Virus record (IMG/VR): IMGVR_UViG_3300005077_000014
Location: 1-64,000 of that record
Source: a virus
Taxonomy: Duplodnaviria; Caudoviricetes
Length of the DNA: 64,000 bases
Direction: 5' to 3' (one strand)
Shown here: in pieces, positions 55,160 through 64,000 of the stretch
Numbering within the stretch: the stretch's first letter is position 1
Layout: every line of letters starts with the position of its first letter
The notes under the pieces: generated by a model
Told to the model about the DNA's origin: nothing
The model's input: only the letters and a program-made list of their open reading frames with translations
Database searches by the model: none
Program-made: the position numbers and the translations under genes

Positions 55160-55189
55160 CCCATCGTCGGAGGGTGGTGGGCCTTTTTT
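55160..55189 (+). terminator. Possible plus-strand terminator
   Basis: CCCATCGTC-GGAG-GGTGGTGGG (3 G-U pairs) followed by CCTTTTTT. Confidence 0.45.
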
Positions 55190-55240
55190 GTTGGCAGTGG
55201 GAAATATCTAGGCTGTTGCTATTGTTGTTAAATTTGGCCA

Positions 55241-55378
55241 TTTTCCCACTTTTCCCACCTTTCCCACTCGAAAAGGGTAGACCTATATATAAAAAAATTT
55301 TTTTCGGTGTTTAAGGAAAAAATATTTTCTCTATACGTATACCCTGTTTAGGTGGTAAAGGTGGTAAAAGTGGTAAAA
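55241..55378. other. Putative replication origin: inverted iteron triplets around an AT-rich core
   Basis: TTTTCCCAC TTTTCCCAC CTTTCCCAC, AT-rich centre, then GTGGTAAAG GTGGTAAAA GTGGTAAAA; directly after the primase-helicase stop. Confidence 0.75.
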
Positions 55379-55451
55379 TGAATATATTCTATAATGATAA
55401 CAGGTAAATATTCGGTTACCACTGGTCAGCTTACTTTTCCCACTGGTGGTG

Positions 55452-58400
55452 TTAATCATCTTGTGGCGTGACATTATTATACTTTCTGTCAAGTCGTCTT
55501 AACGGTGACACAATATTCTCTTTTGTGCATAAAGTTTTCTCTTTGTTTTCAATAAGATGCAACTCTCGATTCGTTGCTGTGTAGTGCGTTGTTACTGTCG
55601 GGGGCTCCCCTCCCTGTATGTCCTCCCCTTCTAAACCCTGGGGTGCGGCGATTCCGAACAGCTCGCCATCGTGCGCGGCGTCAATGCCATAGCGAGTTAT
55701 GGCGACTTTCTTTGTTCCTTGGTGGGTGCATGTGTTTCGCTTTCTATCTTTGTCTGTGTGAAGCCAGCCGTGTTGTTTCCATGCTTTGATTGCTGCGTTG
55801 CTGTCATAGTGGGAGTGTTCGAGTGCTTCTCGCAGGACGTGTGGATAAACGTATATGCGTTCCCAGTTGTCGCTTGGCTCCCAGTTGCCATAATTGGGGG
55901 TTGGTGTTTCGTCAATTTGGCGTTGGTTGCCCATTGAGTCGGTGGAGATTTTGAAGTGGCGCCCGACGAATTTGTTTTCATTGGCGTTGACCCATTCCCA
56001 GACATATTGGAGTGAGCGCTTGCCAATGTCGGCTTCTGCGGCGTCGTCTTCTATCTCGGGCCAGATGTCGATGAATGGGTTTGTGAATGGGAATGGGAGT
56101 ATGGCCCCTGCGGGGGGCTTTGTTTCGTGGAGAATGTGGGCGGCGACGACAATTGCGGCGTGTAGGTCTGCGAGTCTTGCTGCGGCTCCTGATGTGGTGA
56201 GTATTTTATTGGCTGTGTCTGTGAACATGGCTCGGTATTCGGGCCAGCGGTCATGGTTTGCTATTAGGTGGTCGATGAATAGTGGTCCAATGTGGCCGTA
56301 GTTGAGGCAGACGATGTTGTTGAGTTCGGTGACGAGCTCGCGGGACTCTTGGTCTGTTTTCTCGAATGGATATCCTTCGATGGACAGGACGCGGACCTTT
56401 GCGCCTCCATCTGTTGCGTAGTCTGAAAGTGGAGCTTCGCCGGTTGACAGGGTGACGGTTCGCCAATAGCGGGTGACTTGGGTGCCAGCGATGGAGCCGC
56501 GAACCTTGCCGTGGCCTTCAGCCAGTCCATAGATGAAGTTTTTCAGTTGTTTCTGGTTGCCGGCTGTTTTTGTGTCGTCCAGGAATAGGGGCAGGTCTGT
56601 TTGGGTTGTGGCGATGCGTTCGAGTCCAACGTGTGATGCTCGCCATGAGTGGACAATGGAGTTCGGGTTTTTCTCGTTTGGGTTGCCCCAGGCCGAAGCG
56701 ACGAAGCGGAGTGCAATGGACTTTCCTGACGATGTGCCGGCTGATATGTCGATAAAGAATGAGTTGAGGTTGAGGATGTGGAGCAGTGGTGCGACGAATG
56801 AGCCATAGAAGGGCACAGCGACCCTGGGGTAATAGGTCAGGATGTGTTCAGCTATTTCGAGCCACGCGGCGAGTGAGCCTGACTGTGTGGAGAATGAGCG
56901 GCCAGCTTGTTTGTCTCCGTCATCGGCACCAATGAATGAGACGGTGGTGTCGCCGTGGCAAATATCGCCATAAATGAAAGAGGGCGAGGGTGTAGATATG
57001 TCTTGGTTGTCTGCGTGGAGATTCGCTTTGTTGCTTTTGCCATGAGCAGCATTTTTCTTGATTATCCATCCCATTTGACTGGATGTGTCGGTTGTTTCAT
57101 AGTGGAGCCGGTTCACTGTTTCGAGGTCGTAAAGGTATTCGGCAAGCTCTTTTGTGTTTTTGCCAACAGGGAATCCTTTGTCGGCAAGGGCGATGATGCG
57201 CATTTTGTCGAATGCTATTTTTCGGGGGATTTCCAGTGTGCGCCATGAATAGTTTTCGGGTTGATAGTAGGCGATTTGGAGCAGCATGTTGTTTGTGAAG
57301 ACGTCTTGCATTCGTTGTGTGATGAATAGCGGGACTGAGCAGACGTGTTTTCGTTCGGTCTTTGAGTGAGATTCTTTTTTCAGGTGAATTCCATTGATGG
57401 TGATTTCGTATCCTGGGGGAAGTGAGAGGCTTTCACAGGACTCGGGCACTGGGATGTTGAGCGTTGAGAGTGCGTTGGATAGTGGCGTGGCTTCTCTTTT
57501 TTTGTTTTCAGTGAATTCGCAAGCGTCTGGCTTGGCTTTTTGCATGTTGATTATGGCGTCATTGATTTCCTTTTTGGAGAATTTGTTCTTTTCGAGCAGG
57601 GTTGTGATGCGTTTGTGGAGCGTGGCGTCAGTTTTATGGGCTTGAGATAGCGCCACGAGGAATGTGGTGTTGGTGAGAATTGACGGGTCTTTGGCCTGGA
57701 TTTGGTCTTGAAAGTCATTGAGTATCATTTCGAGGCGCGATGGTGCGCTGTTAATGAGTGACTGGAAGTCTCTTGTTGAATGGGTCAAGAAATATGAGTT
57801 CAGGTCTTGTTTGGCGATTGATTTGAGCCGTCGATATTCTTCTTTGTCTTGTGTGGGGATAAGGTTTGACGCTTTTGTTACCTCTTTCATTGTGAGAGAT
57901 GGGGTGATTTTCCATCGTTCAGCGATTGTGTCTGCGGCGGCTTGTTGCTCGTGTGAGTATGGCAGGGAAATGATGCGCACAGGGATGTTTTCGGATTCGA
58001 GCCATTTTGATGTGTTGATGGCTCCAGTTTTGCCGGCCTGTGAGATTTCTGTGTCGAATGTGATGTAAACGGTTGTTGGTTGCTCTGGGGAATGGGATTT
58101 CAGTTTCCTTGCGATTCGGGGCTTATCGTCTTTTTTGATGTTCGTGGTGATGGGTGAGATGACATTGAATCCATGGTCCATTGCCGAGATTGCGTCAGTC
58201 ATGCCTTCGGCAAGAATTATGTGGTCTGGTCGTGAGGCGAGAATGTCTTCGTTCCAGATGACAGAGTTGGAGATTAGTTTCGAGACTTTCTTGTGTTTCT
58301 TTTCGCTGTGAGTGGGCAGCTTTTTGTATTTTGAGCCGGTGTTCGAGAATTTGCGTTCATGTTCAGGGGTCCATTGTGTTTCACGGCCAATGAGATAGAC

Positions 58401-59132
58401 GACTCGGCCACGGTTCCAGTATGGAAAAATGAAACGGTTGTTGAAGATTGGTTCTGGTCTGTTTTGATAGTCTGACTTGAAAGCGCCACAGACAATCAGG
58501 TCATCGTTTTCGTAGGTATGTCCGAAAAGGGCCATGTGGTCGTAGACTGTGGGAGAATTTGCGGGGTAATTATCTGAATATCCAATTTGCAATGTCTTAA
58601 TTATCTCTTCAGACAGGCCATATTTTGAGCGGAGCGCAAGTAGGGCGTCCGGATTTGTCATGAGTTGACGGTGATAATAAGCCGCCAATTTAGTTAAGAT
58701 TCCAAAAACGTGATCTTCTTCAAGTCGATCTTGTTCATATTTTTTAATTTGTTCGGGGTCCATATTGAGTTTAGATAGGGGTGGTAATCCTTTTTTTGCA
58801 GCAAGCCAATCCCTGGCCTGACGATGTGTTTCAGGCATTTCGCCACGGACACCTTTAGTTACGGTTGAGAATTTACTGAACTCTACAAGCTGTATATTGC
58901 CTCCACCCTTGTTGCAACCAAAGCAATGCCAGCAATTGTTCACAAGGTCTATTATCAGGCTTGTTTTTGAGACTGAGTCATGCCCTGGGCAGTCGCAATG
59001 TAAGTAATGGCTTGTTTCCCTTGTAATTCGTCCCGCAAGCAATTCTCTTGCAATTTCCCCGATTGCCCCCGACTCTATTATTGCGTAATAGGTTTTATGG
59101 TCTGTGACGTGAGAAAGTTGGTTAGTTTTCAT
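55452..59132 (-). CDS. DnaG-type primase fused to a DUF927 (Cch-like) helicase
   Basis: Zn finger HCDCPGH...WHCFGC; TOPRIM ILAEGMTDAISA and ITFD; Walker A AGTSSGKS, LPLFLDD, TLSTGE. Confidence 0.88.
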   Translation of the reverse strand: MKTNQLSHVTDHKTYYAIIESGAIGEIARELLAGRITRETSHYLHCDCPGHDSVSKTSLIIDLVNNCWHCFGCNKGGGNIQLVEFSKFSTVTKGVRGEMPETHRQARDWLAAKKGLPPLSKLNMDPEQIKKYEQDRLEEDHVFGILTKLAAYYHRQLMTNPDALLALRSKYGLSEEIIKTLQIGYSDNYPANSPTVYDHMALFGHTYENDDLIVCGAFKSDYQNRPEPIFNNRFIFPYWNRGRVVYLIGRETQWTPEHERKFSNTGSKYKKLPTHSEKKHKKVSKLISNSVIWNEDILASRPDHIILAEGMTDAISAMDHGFNVISPITTNIKKDDKPRIARKLKSHSPEQPTTVYITFDTEISQAGKTGAINTSKWLESENIPVRIISLPYSHEQQAAADTIAERWKITPSLTMKEVTKASNLIPTQDKEEYRRLKSIAKQDLNSYFLTHSTRDFQSLINSAPSRLEMILNDFQDQIQAKDPSILTNTTFLVALSQAHKTDATLHKRITTLLEKNKFSKKEINDAIINMQKAKPDACEFTENKKREATPLSNALSTLNIPVPESCESLSLPPGYEITINGIHLKKESHSKTERKHVCSVPLFITQRMQDVFTNNMLLQIAYYQPENYSWRTLEIPRKIAFDKMRIIALADKGFPVGKNTKELAEYLYDLETVNRLHYETTDTSSQMGWIIKKNAAHGKSNKANLHADNQDISTPSPSFIYGDICHGDTTVSFIGADDGDKQAGRSFSTQSGSLAAWLEIAEHILTYYPRVAVPFYGSFVAPLLHILNLNSFFIDISAGTSSGKSIALRFVASAWGNPNEKNPNSIVHSWRASHVGLERIATTQTDLPLFLDDTKTAGNQKQLKNFIYGLAEGHGKVRGSIAGTQVTRYWRTVTLSTGEAPLSDYATDGGAKVRVLSIEGYPFEKTDQESRELVTELNNIVCLNYGHIGPLFIDHLIANHDRWPEYRAMFTDTANKILTTSGAAARLADLHAAIVVAAHILHETKPPAGAILPFPFTNPFIDIWPEIEDDAAEADIGKRSLQYVWEWVNANENKFVGRHFKISTDSMGNQRQIDETPTPNYGNWEPSDNWERIYVYPHVLREALEHSHYDSNAAIKAWKQHGWLHTDKDRKRNTCTHQGTKKVAITRYGIDAAHDGELFGIAAPQGLEGEDIQGGEPPTVTTHYTATNRELHLIENKEKTLCTKENIVSPLRRLDRKYNNVTPQDD

Positions 59133-60243
59133 CGTTTTTAACCTTGTGAATTGTGGTGATAAGGTCTTCAGGGTTGTTGGTCCCGCGAAGGTGGCTTGCG
59201 ATTTTACGGATTACCCATTGACCTTTTGATGGGTCTGTTTTTGATCCTTTTCCTGTTAAATAAGAACGATAGTGTGCGGAGCAAACATGAGGACAGTGTT
59301 TTGTGTGTGATGGTGTGTTTGTTGTTGTGCTGTTAGTTTTTATTATAGAAGGAACGTCGTCTCCAAAGCGGTAACTCAGGTGTCTGATGTTTATTTGTTT
59401 GTTACTTGTTGTTTTTTGTTTTTTGTTGTCTGCCGGTCTCTCTTTTTTGTTATATGTGTTGGTTATTGTTTGTGTTTTGTTTTTTTGTGAAACAAGAAAC
59501 AATATAGTATTGATCATAAAGTAATATAGTGTTGCAAATGATGCTAGTTTCTCGGTTGGCACCTGTCCTAAATATGCAGAACTTGAAACAGACTCCACAA
59601 GGTCTTCTTTATTGAGGTCAATTGGTAAAATTCCCTGCAATTCACAACTGTCTGGGGTTTGAATTGCGCCAGTCAAGGACGGAGTGAATTTGTCTGTTCC
59701 GTGTAGCCCAATTGTAATTATTAAAAATCGAAATGGGGACAATTGATATCCCCCTAGTGTAGCGTTTTGATGACAAATAGCGAAAGACGTTTCTGGAAGG
59801 TCTTCCCAAAAGGACAAGGGGATTTTGTCTGGCCTAACGAACTGTTTTGATATTTGTTTTATGGAGCTGTCATCGAGCACATAAAGCTTTCTGTATTGTC
59901 GCCACGAAGACATGGCGAATGTTGTTACTAGTGCACTTACGTTGCTTTCTGGGGCTTCTGTTGTTTTATTATAATAGGCTAAAAGTTGTTGCTTTATGAT
60001 GTTCTTCTCTCTTAGACAAAAGGCGGTTTTTTCTTTTCTTAGGGTTTTGTGATAAGCATCAAGCAAGACTGTTCCTGGATAGCGCACAAGGGGGGACCAC
60101 ACAACACCAGAGTTAATTAGCTTTTCTCTGGCTATTTCGTTTCTTCGCCATATATTGGGCATGTTTTTTGCAATTGTTGTTTCGTTACAAGAAAGACAGT
60201 CAACGACTTGCTCAAGGTGTGTTTTTTGAGTTTTTTTTTCCAT
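59122..60243 (-). CDS. Hypothetical protein
   Basis: 373 aa, overlaps the primase start; C-terminal PHVCSAHYRSY. Confidence 0.65.
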   Translation of the reverse strand: MEKKTQKTHLEQVVDCLSCNETTIAKNMPNIWRRNEIAREKLINSGVVWSPLVRYPGTVLLDAYHKTLRKEKTAFCLREKNIIKQQLLAYYNKTTEAPESNVSALVTTFAMSSWRQYRKLYVLDDSSIKQISKQFVRPDKIPLSFWEDLPETSFAICHQNATLGGYQLSPFRFLIITIGLHGTDKFTPSLTGAIQTPDSCELQGILPIDLNKEDLVESVSSSAYLGQVPTEKLASFATLYYFMINTILFLVSQKNKTQTITNTYNKKERPADNKKQKTTSNKQINIRHLSYRFGDDVPSIIKTNSTTTNTPSHTKHCPHVCSAHYRSYLTGKGSKTDPSKGQWVIRKIASHLRGTNNPEDLITTIHKVKNDEN

Positions 60244-60317
60244 ACAGACCCTCCAGGGGACCGCGAAGTTAAATGTTTACCCAGACAAAGGCAAGGCAAA
60301 AGGGCGCATGTTGATTG

Positions 60318-60608
60318 TTAGTGTGTTGTTTGGGTGTCGGGTGGCAACGCTTCGGTTTTCTGGTCTATGTCGTCAAGGTATTTTGTGGCTTGTGCAATGA
60401 CGGCGTGAATGTCTCGTGATATTAGCGTCAAGACGACTTCTTTGACCTGTTCCTCTTCTGTGGGTGACATTATCGGCGCTGAGTCTGGGATTGTGACGTT
60501 GAATTGCGAGTTTTCGTTTGTTGGCTCTGTGAAATACCAGATAATGGCATCTCTGCGGATTGATGCGTGGATGGAGTGGGCAAGGCTATTGATTGCGTGG
60601 GGGGTCAT
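60318..60608 (-). CDS. Hypothetical protein
   Basis: RBS GAGGA, operon packing. Confidence 0.55.
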   Translation of the reverse strand: MTPHAINSLAHSIHASIRRDAIIWYFTEPTNENSQFNVTIPDSAPIMSPTEEEQVKEVVLTLISRDIHAVIAQATKYLDDIDQKTEALPPDTQTTH

Positions 60609-60610
60609 GG

Positions 60611-61006
60611 TTAATCCTCTTCCTGTAAGTTTTCTAAAAGAGTCTTGGCTTTGTAGACAAGTGGCGGCGAGACCACAACACCATAGAGTATTTCAGGCTC
60701 GATAGCGTCTTGAAGGGTAATGACTCCGTGTGTGACGGCAGCCCGAGAGTCTATTGCCTGTATTACAAGTTCCCTGACAGTCCAGTCTAGTATGTCTTTT
60801 TCGAGCTTTGACGTGTCGTTGATTTTGATGCCAAGCTTTGTGATTTTGACGCCACTATCCATCAGGTCTGTAAGCTGTTTTTTGTTTTTGATGTCGAACA
60901 CCCTGGTTCGCATCTTCTTTTTGATTTCTTCAGCCTCCAGAGAAGCGTTTGCCATGTAGGTTGCCAGCATCATGCCAGCAATGAAGGCGAGAATTGAGGA
61001 TATCAT
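60611..61006 (-). CDS. Hypothetical protein with N-terminal hydrophobic helix
   Basis: MISSILAFIAGMMLATYMA. Confidence 0.55.
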   Translation of the reverse strand: MISSILAFIAGMMLATYMANASLEAEEIKKKMRTRVFDIKNKKQLTDLMDSGVKITKLGIKINDTSKLEKDILDWTVRELVIQAIDSRAAVTHGVITLQDAIEPEILYGVVVSPPLVYKAKTLLENLQEED

Positions 61007-61311
61007 GGGTGTTCTTCCCCCTCGAACTCTTTGAACAGTTTCTTTATTGCCGTGTATAGGGCCCGGCGCTGAGGTGGTAAGAGTTGACTGTAATATGTTG
61101 TTACAATCTCCCCTTTTTCTGATGCGATAAGGAAATCCAGCCTGATTCCTTTCATCTCCCTCTCTTCCTTCAGCGGCTCCAGTTCGTAGTCTTTGTCATC
61201 AAAAAACCTTTCCATGCAAACCATCGCCCCTTTGGAAAGCCAGTTAACCATTCCTACTTCTCTCCACCTTCTCCCTTTATCGATCTCGTCGAGGATGTCT
61301 TTTAGTTTCAT
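61003..61311 (-). CDS. Hypothetical protein
   Basis: ATGA overlap, RBS GGAG. Confidence 0.55.
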   Translation of the reverse strand: MKLKDILDEIDKGRRWREVGMVNWLSKGAMVCMERFFDDKDYELEPLKEEREMKGIRLDFLIASEKGEIVTTYYSQLLPPQRRALYTAIKKLFKEFEGEEHP

Positions 61312-61314
61312 CTT

Positions 61315-61770
61315 TCACGCTCCTATACTCGTCCAGTGTTTTGGGATGGGCGGATTTTCTTCTTTACTTATAATCTCTTGGGCGTGGTGCCTCATCGTGT
61401 TTTGCGCGCCGGTCCATCCGAATGATTCATAAAGGTCTAGCATCTCTCCCACGGTCACATCTCTCGGGGAGCGGGGTTGTTTGGTTTCACTTTTCGGCCA
61501 CAAGACAGCGCTGGTTACCTCGGATACAAACTCAGCATCGTTGCACCTGTCCCATCCTTTGCCGCCGTCGCGAGATATCCAAACTTCTTTTGGCCCAGCA
61601 ATTTTGATTTTGGCTGGTGCGTGTTTCTCCTTCATCTCTTCCAGGGCGCGGATGGCGAGGGCATATTGCTTTCTGAGAGGCCGATATCCTTCAGTTGCTT
61701 CTGCATACTGGAAGTGGTTTATTGCTTCATTAATTTCTGTCGTTGTCGGTTCGGTCATAGGTCTCTCCAT
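61315..61770 (-). CDS. Hypothetical protein
   Basis: 151 aa, operon packing. Confidence 0.55.
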   Translation of the reverse strand: MERPMTEPTTTEINEAINHFQYAEATEGYRPLRKQYALAIRALEEMKEKHAPAKIKIAGPKEVWISRDGGKGWDRCNDAEFVSEVTSAVLWPKSETKQPRSPRDVTVGEMLDLYESFGWTGAQNTMRHHAQEIISKEENPPIPKHWTSIGA

Positions 61771-61782
61771 TGCTCAGTGGTT

Positions 61783-62337
61783 TTACTTGTCTTTCCATTC
61801 ACATTCATAACAAGGCCCGGATTTCACGTTTTTAAAAAGATTTGCTCTCAGGCTGGCGCATGTGATACCTGTGATCGGTTTCAATACACTTGGCAGCGAA
61901 CATTTTCTAAGATCTTGTCGTTTGTTGAAAAACTCTGAAACCATCTTTTGTGTTTCCGTTTCTTTAGGTTCTTGTGATTCCTCCAGAATCGCAATTCTTT
62001 CTTGTCAGTCGAGCTGTTTGGGTTTGCTGGAAGGTTTTTCCTTGTCTTCCCTCCAAATTTTCTTGTACCGTTTCACTGAAGAGAGGTTCAAGGTTCGTTT
62101 GAACTTTTCGATGAATAACCGTAATGTCGTCCGGTTATCAACGTCGTCCTGAAAACATTTTATGAGAAAACTCACTTGATTATCAGTGAGCGGTATTGAT
62201 TTGTTGGGGATCTTTGGCATGTTTAACATACCGGCAGCGGCACGCATAAATACGTCAACAGCGCTTTGATCTTTGCTGACTGCCGCCACTTTGCCCATCG
62301 AAAGGATTAGTTCGTAGCGCTGTTCTTCGGTGAGCAT
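61783..62337 (-). CDS. Hypothetical protein with an internal in-frame TGA (110 aa, or 184 codons if read through)
   Basis: Frame stays open for 73 codons after the TGA at 62007-62005, up to TAA at 61785-61783. Confidence 0.5.
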
Positions 62338-62342
62338 CTGAT

Positions 62343-62609
62343 TTATGCCTTTTCTCTTGCAGCCATCATGTCGAACAACATGGCGGCTGGGTCTTGGTTT
62401 AGACTGAGCTTAACAATGGTGAAATGGAGCCCAGCTATTAATCCGAACAGGAATACGATTTTTTCGTCCGTGGTTTTGTATTGTTGAAGCTGTTCAAAGA
62501 AGTTTCTAAGTTGTTTGTCGATATCTTGCATTGCTTTCGACTTGCTAATGGCTTCTTTGAGTTGTTCGTCTGGGTTAATGGGGGTGACTGTTTCTTTTTG
62601 TTCGGTCAT
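62343..62609 (-). CDS. Hypothetical protein
   Basis: 88 aa, RBS AAGGA. Confidence 0.55.
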   Translation of the reverse strand: MTEQKETVTPINPDEQLKEAISKSKAMQDIDKQLRNFFEQLQQYKTTDEKIVFLFGLIAGLHFTIVKLSLNQDPAAMLFDMMAAREKA

Positions 62610-62745
62610 CTTTTAGCGTCCTTTTCCACTTTCATGAGCCATTCGTCCAGTTCGCGACACCTATCAATAGCGTTTTGCCTGTTTTTGGTCATTGGTGGAT
62701 TGAGCTTCAACAGCTGGTCGCATATTGCATCGACAAGCCAGCGGA

Positions 62746-63057
62746 TTATGGGCGTGGTGTCTCACTTTCTTTTGGCAAACTAATCACCATCCATTCGTCA
62801 TTAGCGAATTCACTGCCACTGACATCTATGAACGGAACTGTTTTTTGTTCGTGAGAGTCGATTGTTATCCAATTGCCATTGGTTGTGTTGTGGATTATGA
62901 ACTTGATTACCTTGCCGTGGAAAATGTGAAACGCAGTGAATACTTCACAAGTAATCCAGTCGGCATGAGTAAAAACTAGGCCGTGCGAGTTTCTGGTTTT
63001 CGATATGGCGTCTTCGATGAGCATTATTTGTTTCTCCACGCCAGCACACCAAGCCAC
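62746..63057 (-). CDS. Hypothetical protein
   Basis: 103 aa. Confidence 0.5.
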   Translation of the reverse strand: MAWCAGVEKQIMLIEDAISKTRNSHGLVFTHADWITCEVFTAFHIFHGKVIKFIIHNTTNGNWITIDSHEQKTVPFIDVSGSEFANDEWMVISLPKESETPRP

Positions 63058-63115
63058 AGGAAGACTATTGCCACGAAAACAATGCCGACAATATCCATTA
63101 GGTTAACAAAGACGG

Positions 63116-63394
63116 TCATTTTTGCGCTTCCTTTCTGTGAATCCAGTTATAGGCAACGGTGCGGATTGCTTGTTGGTCGGATATCATTAACCCTTTCCAA
63201 TATGGGTCCTCTTTTCTGTCGGTTTTTAGGGCGAGTTTTGCCTTTTTGTATTGGAATATTAGCGAGCGGAGCGCTTTAATGATTGCTGCGTGTTCTGGGG
63301 TGCGCTTCATTTTGCCCCCCAAAACAGCCACTTGATAAACAGGCACTTGACGACAGTGCTGGCGATTAGAAGATAAATTATTGTCACGGGTCAA
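63116..63394 (-). CDS. Hypothetical protein (start may be MKRTPEH)
   Basis: ORF track; overlaps the upstream stop. Confidence 0.45.
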   Translation of the reverse strand: MTRDNNLSSNRQHCRQVPVYQVAVLGGKMKRTPEHAAIIKALRSLIFQYKKAKLALKTDRKEDPYWKGLMISDQQAIRTVAYNWIHRKEAQK

Positions 63395-63648
63395 AAATCC
63401 TTTCCAGTTTCAAGGAACGTAAGCACTTTGCCATAAACAGATGTTCCTGTTGTGTCTTTCACAAGGAACTGTTTTTCTTTCAGGGTTGCAATAAGCTGGT
63501 CGATACGTTCCAACGCTCTTATGGCGTGAGTGATAGCCTCGCGGTCTTCGTCATCAACCCAGAGGTCTGGAGAATTGTGGCTGTCATCATGTAAGAGCCG
63601 CAAGGTCGTTATTGCTTTTTTATTTGTCATGGTTTCACCTTTTCTCAC
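63391..63648 (-). CDS. Hypothetical protein
   Basis: 85 aa, operon packing. Confidence 0.5.
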   Translation of the reverse strand: MRKGETMTNKKAITTLRLLHDDSHNSPDLWVDDEDREAITHAIRALERIDQLIATLKEKQFLVKDTTGTSVYGKVLTFLETGKDF

Positions 63649-63990
63649 CTACTGCCAGCACACACCGCCAGCACAGTTCATTCGTTTCATTCTGTTTTTT
63701 TCTGACTTTTCCAGCTTGGTTATGCGTTCATTGAGCTTGTTGATTGCAGTGCCGATTTCGTCTATGGACTTGTTAACTTTGTTGGCGTGTTCGATTGTGC
63801 GGGTAAGCTCTGCTTGGGTGCTCGCGGACTCTGTGGACAGCCTCGCTATGGCTGAGTGGTGGTCCATTGAGAGCGCAGCCACCTCTTTTTGAAGTGAGCG
63901 TATTGTGGGGGATAGGATGTGAGCGCTTGTTTTGGGCTCGTTTTGCGTGCCGTTCACAAGAAGCGGTATTGTGAATATCAGGATAAACAT
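63649..63990 (-). CDS. Hypothetical coiled-coil protein with hydrophobic N-terminus
   Basis: MFILIFTIPLLV followed by heptads. Confidence 0.5.
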   Translation of the reverse strand: MFILIFTIPLLVNGTQNEPKTSAHILSPTIRSLQKEVAALSMDHHSAIARLSTESASTQAELTRTIEHANKVNKSIDEIGTAINKLNERITKLEKSEKNRMKRMNCAGGVCWQ

Positions 63991-64000
63991 GCAAACAGCC

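Larger units (their letters stand above)
1..64000. mobile_element. Temperate siphovirus-like phage genome (partial or near-complete, probably excised/virion form)
   Basis: Integrase, attP, portal, terminase, capsid, tail tube, tape measure, lysis and primase genes; no sheath gene; no host housekeeping genes. Confidence 0.95.

Noticed and set aside
1-64000. Genome-wide stop-codon reassignment
   Set aside because: TGA, TAG and TAA all end genes with tight ATGA/TAATG coupling; only one suspicious TGA was found

Overview
The whole window is phage DNA: about 64 kb of a temperate, long non-contractile-tailed (siphovirus-like) phage, with no host chromosome visible. Both ends fall inside one leftward early/replication operon, so this is probably most of a circular genome slightly larger than 64 kb. 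The attachment site looks like an intact attP: the 3' half of tRNA-Val(CAC) is flanked on both sides by arm-type repeats, next to xis-int. Order: XRE/XRE switch, xis-int-attP, XkdF-type prohead protease, scaffold, capsid, neck, tail tube, chaperone with -1 frameshift, tape measure, an unusually large (~18 kb) tail-tip/fibre module including an orphan DGR-type (Mtd/CLec) target gene, lysis genes, a four-gene glycosyltransferase/methyltransferase cluster, then portal and MuF displaced to the end of the late operon. The terminase operon is on the opposite strand. It is followed by an RHH-controlled block of small + strand genes, a 1.2-kb structured non-coding origin region that carries a third copy of the attP arm motif, a DnaG-DUF927 primase-helicase fusion and small early genes. 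All family calls come from motif recognition by eye; no searches were run.
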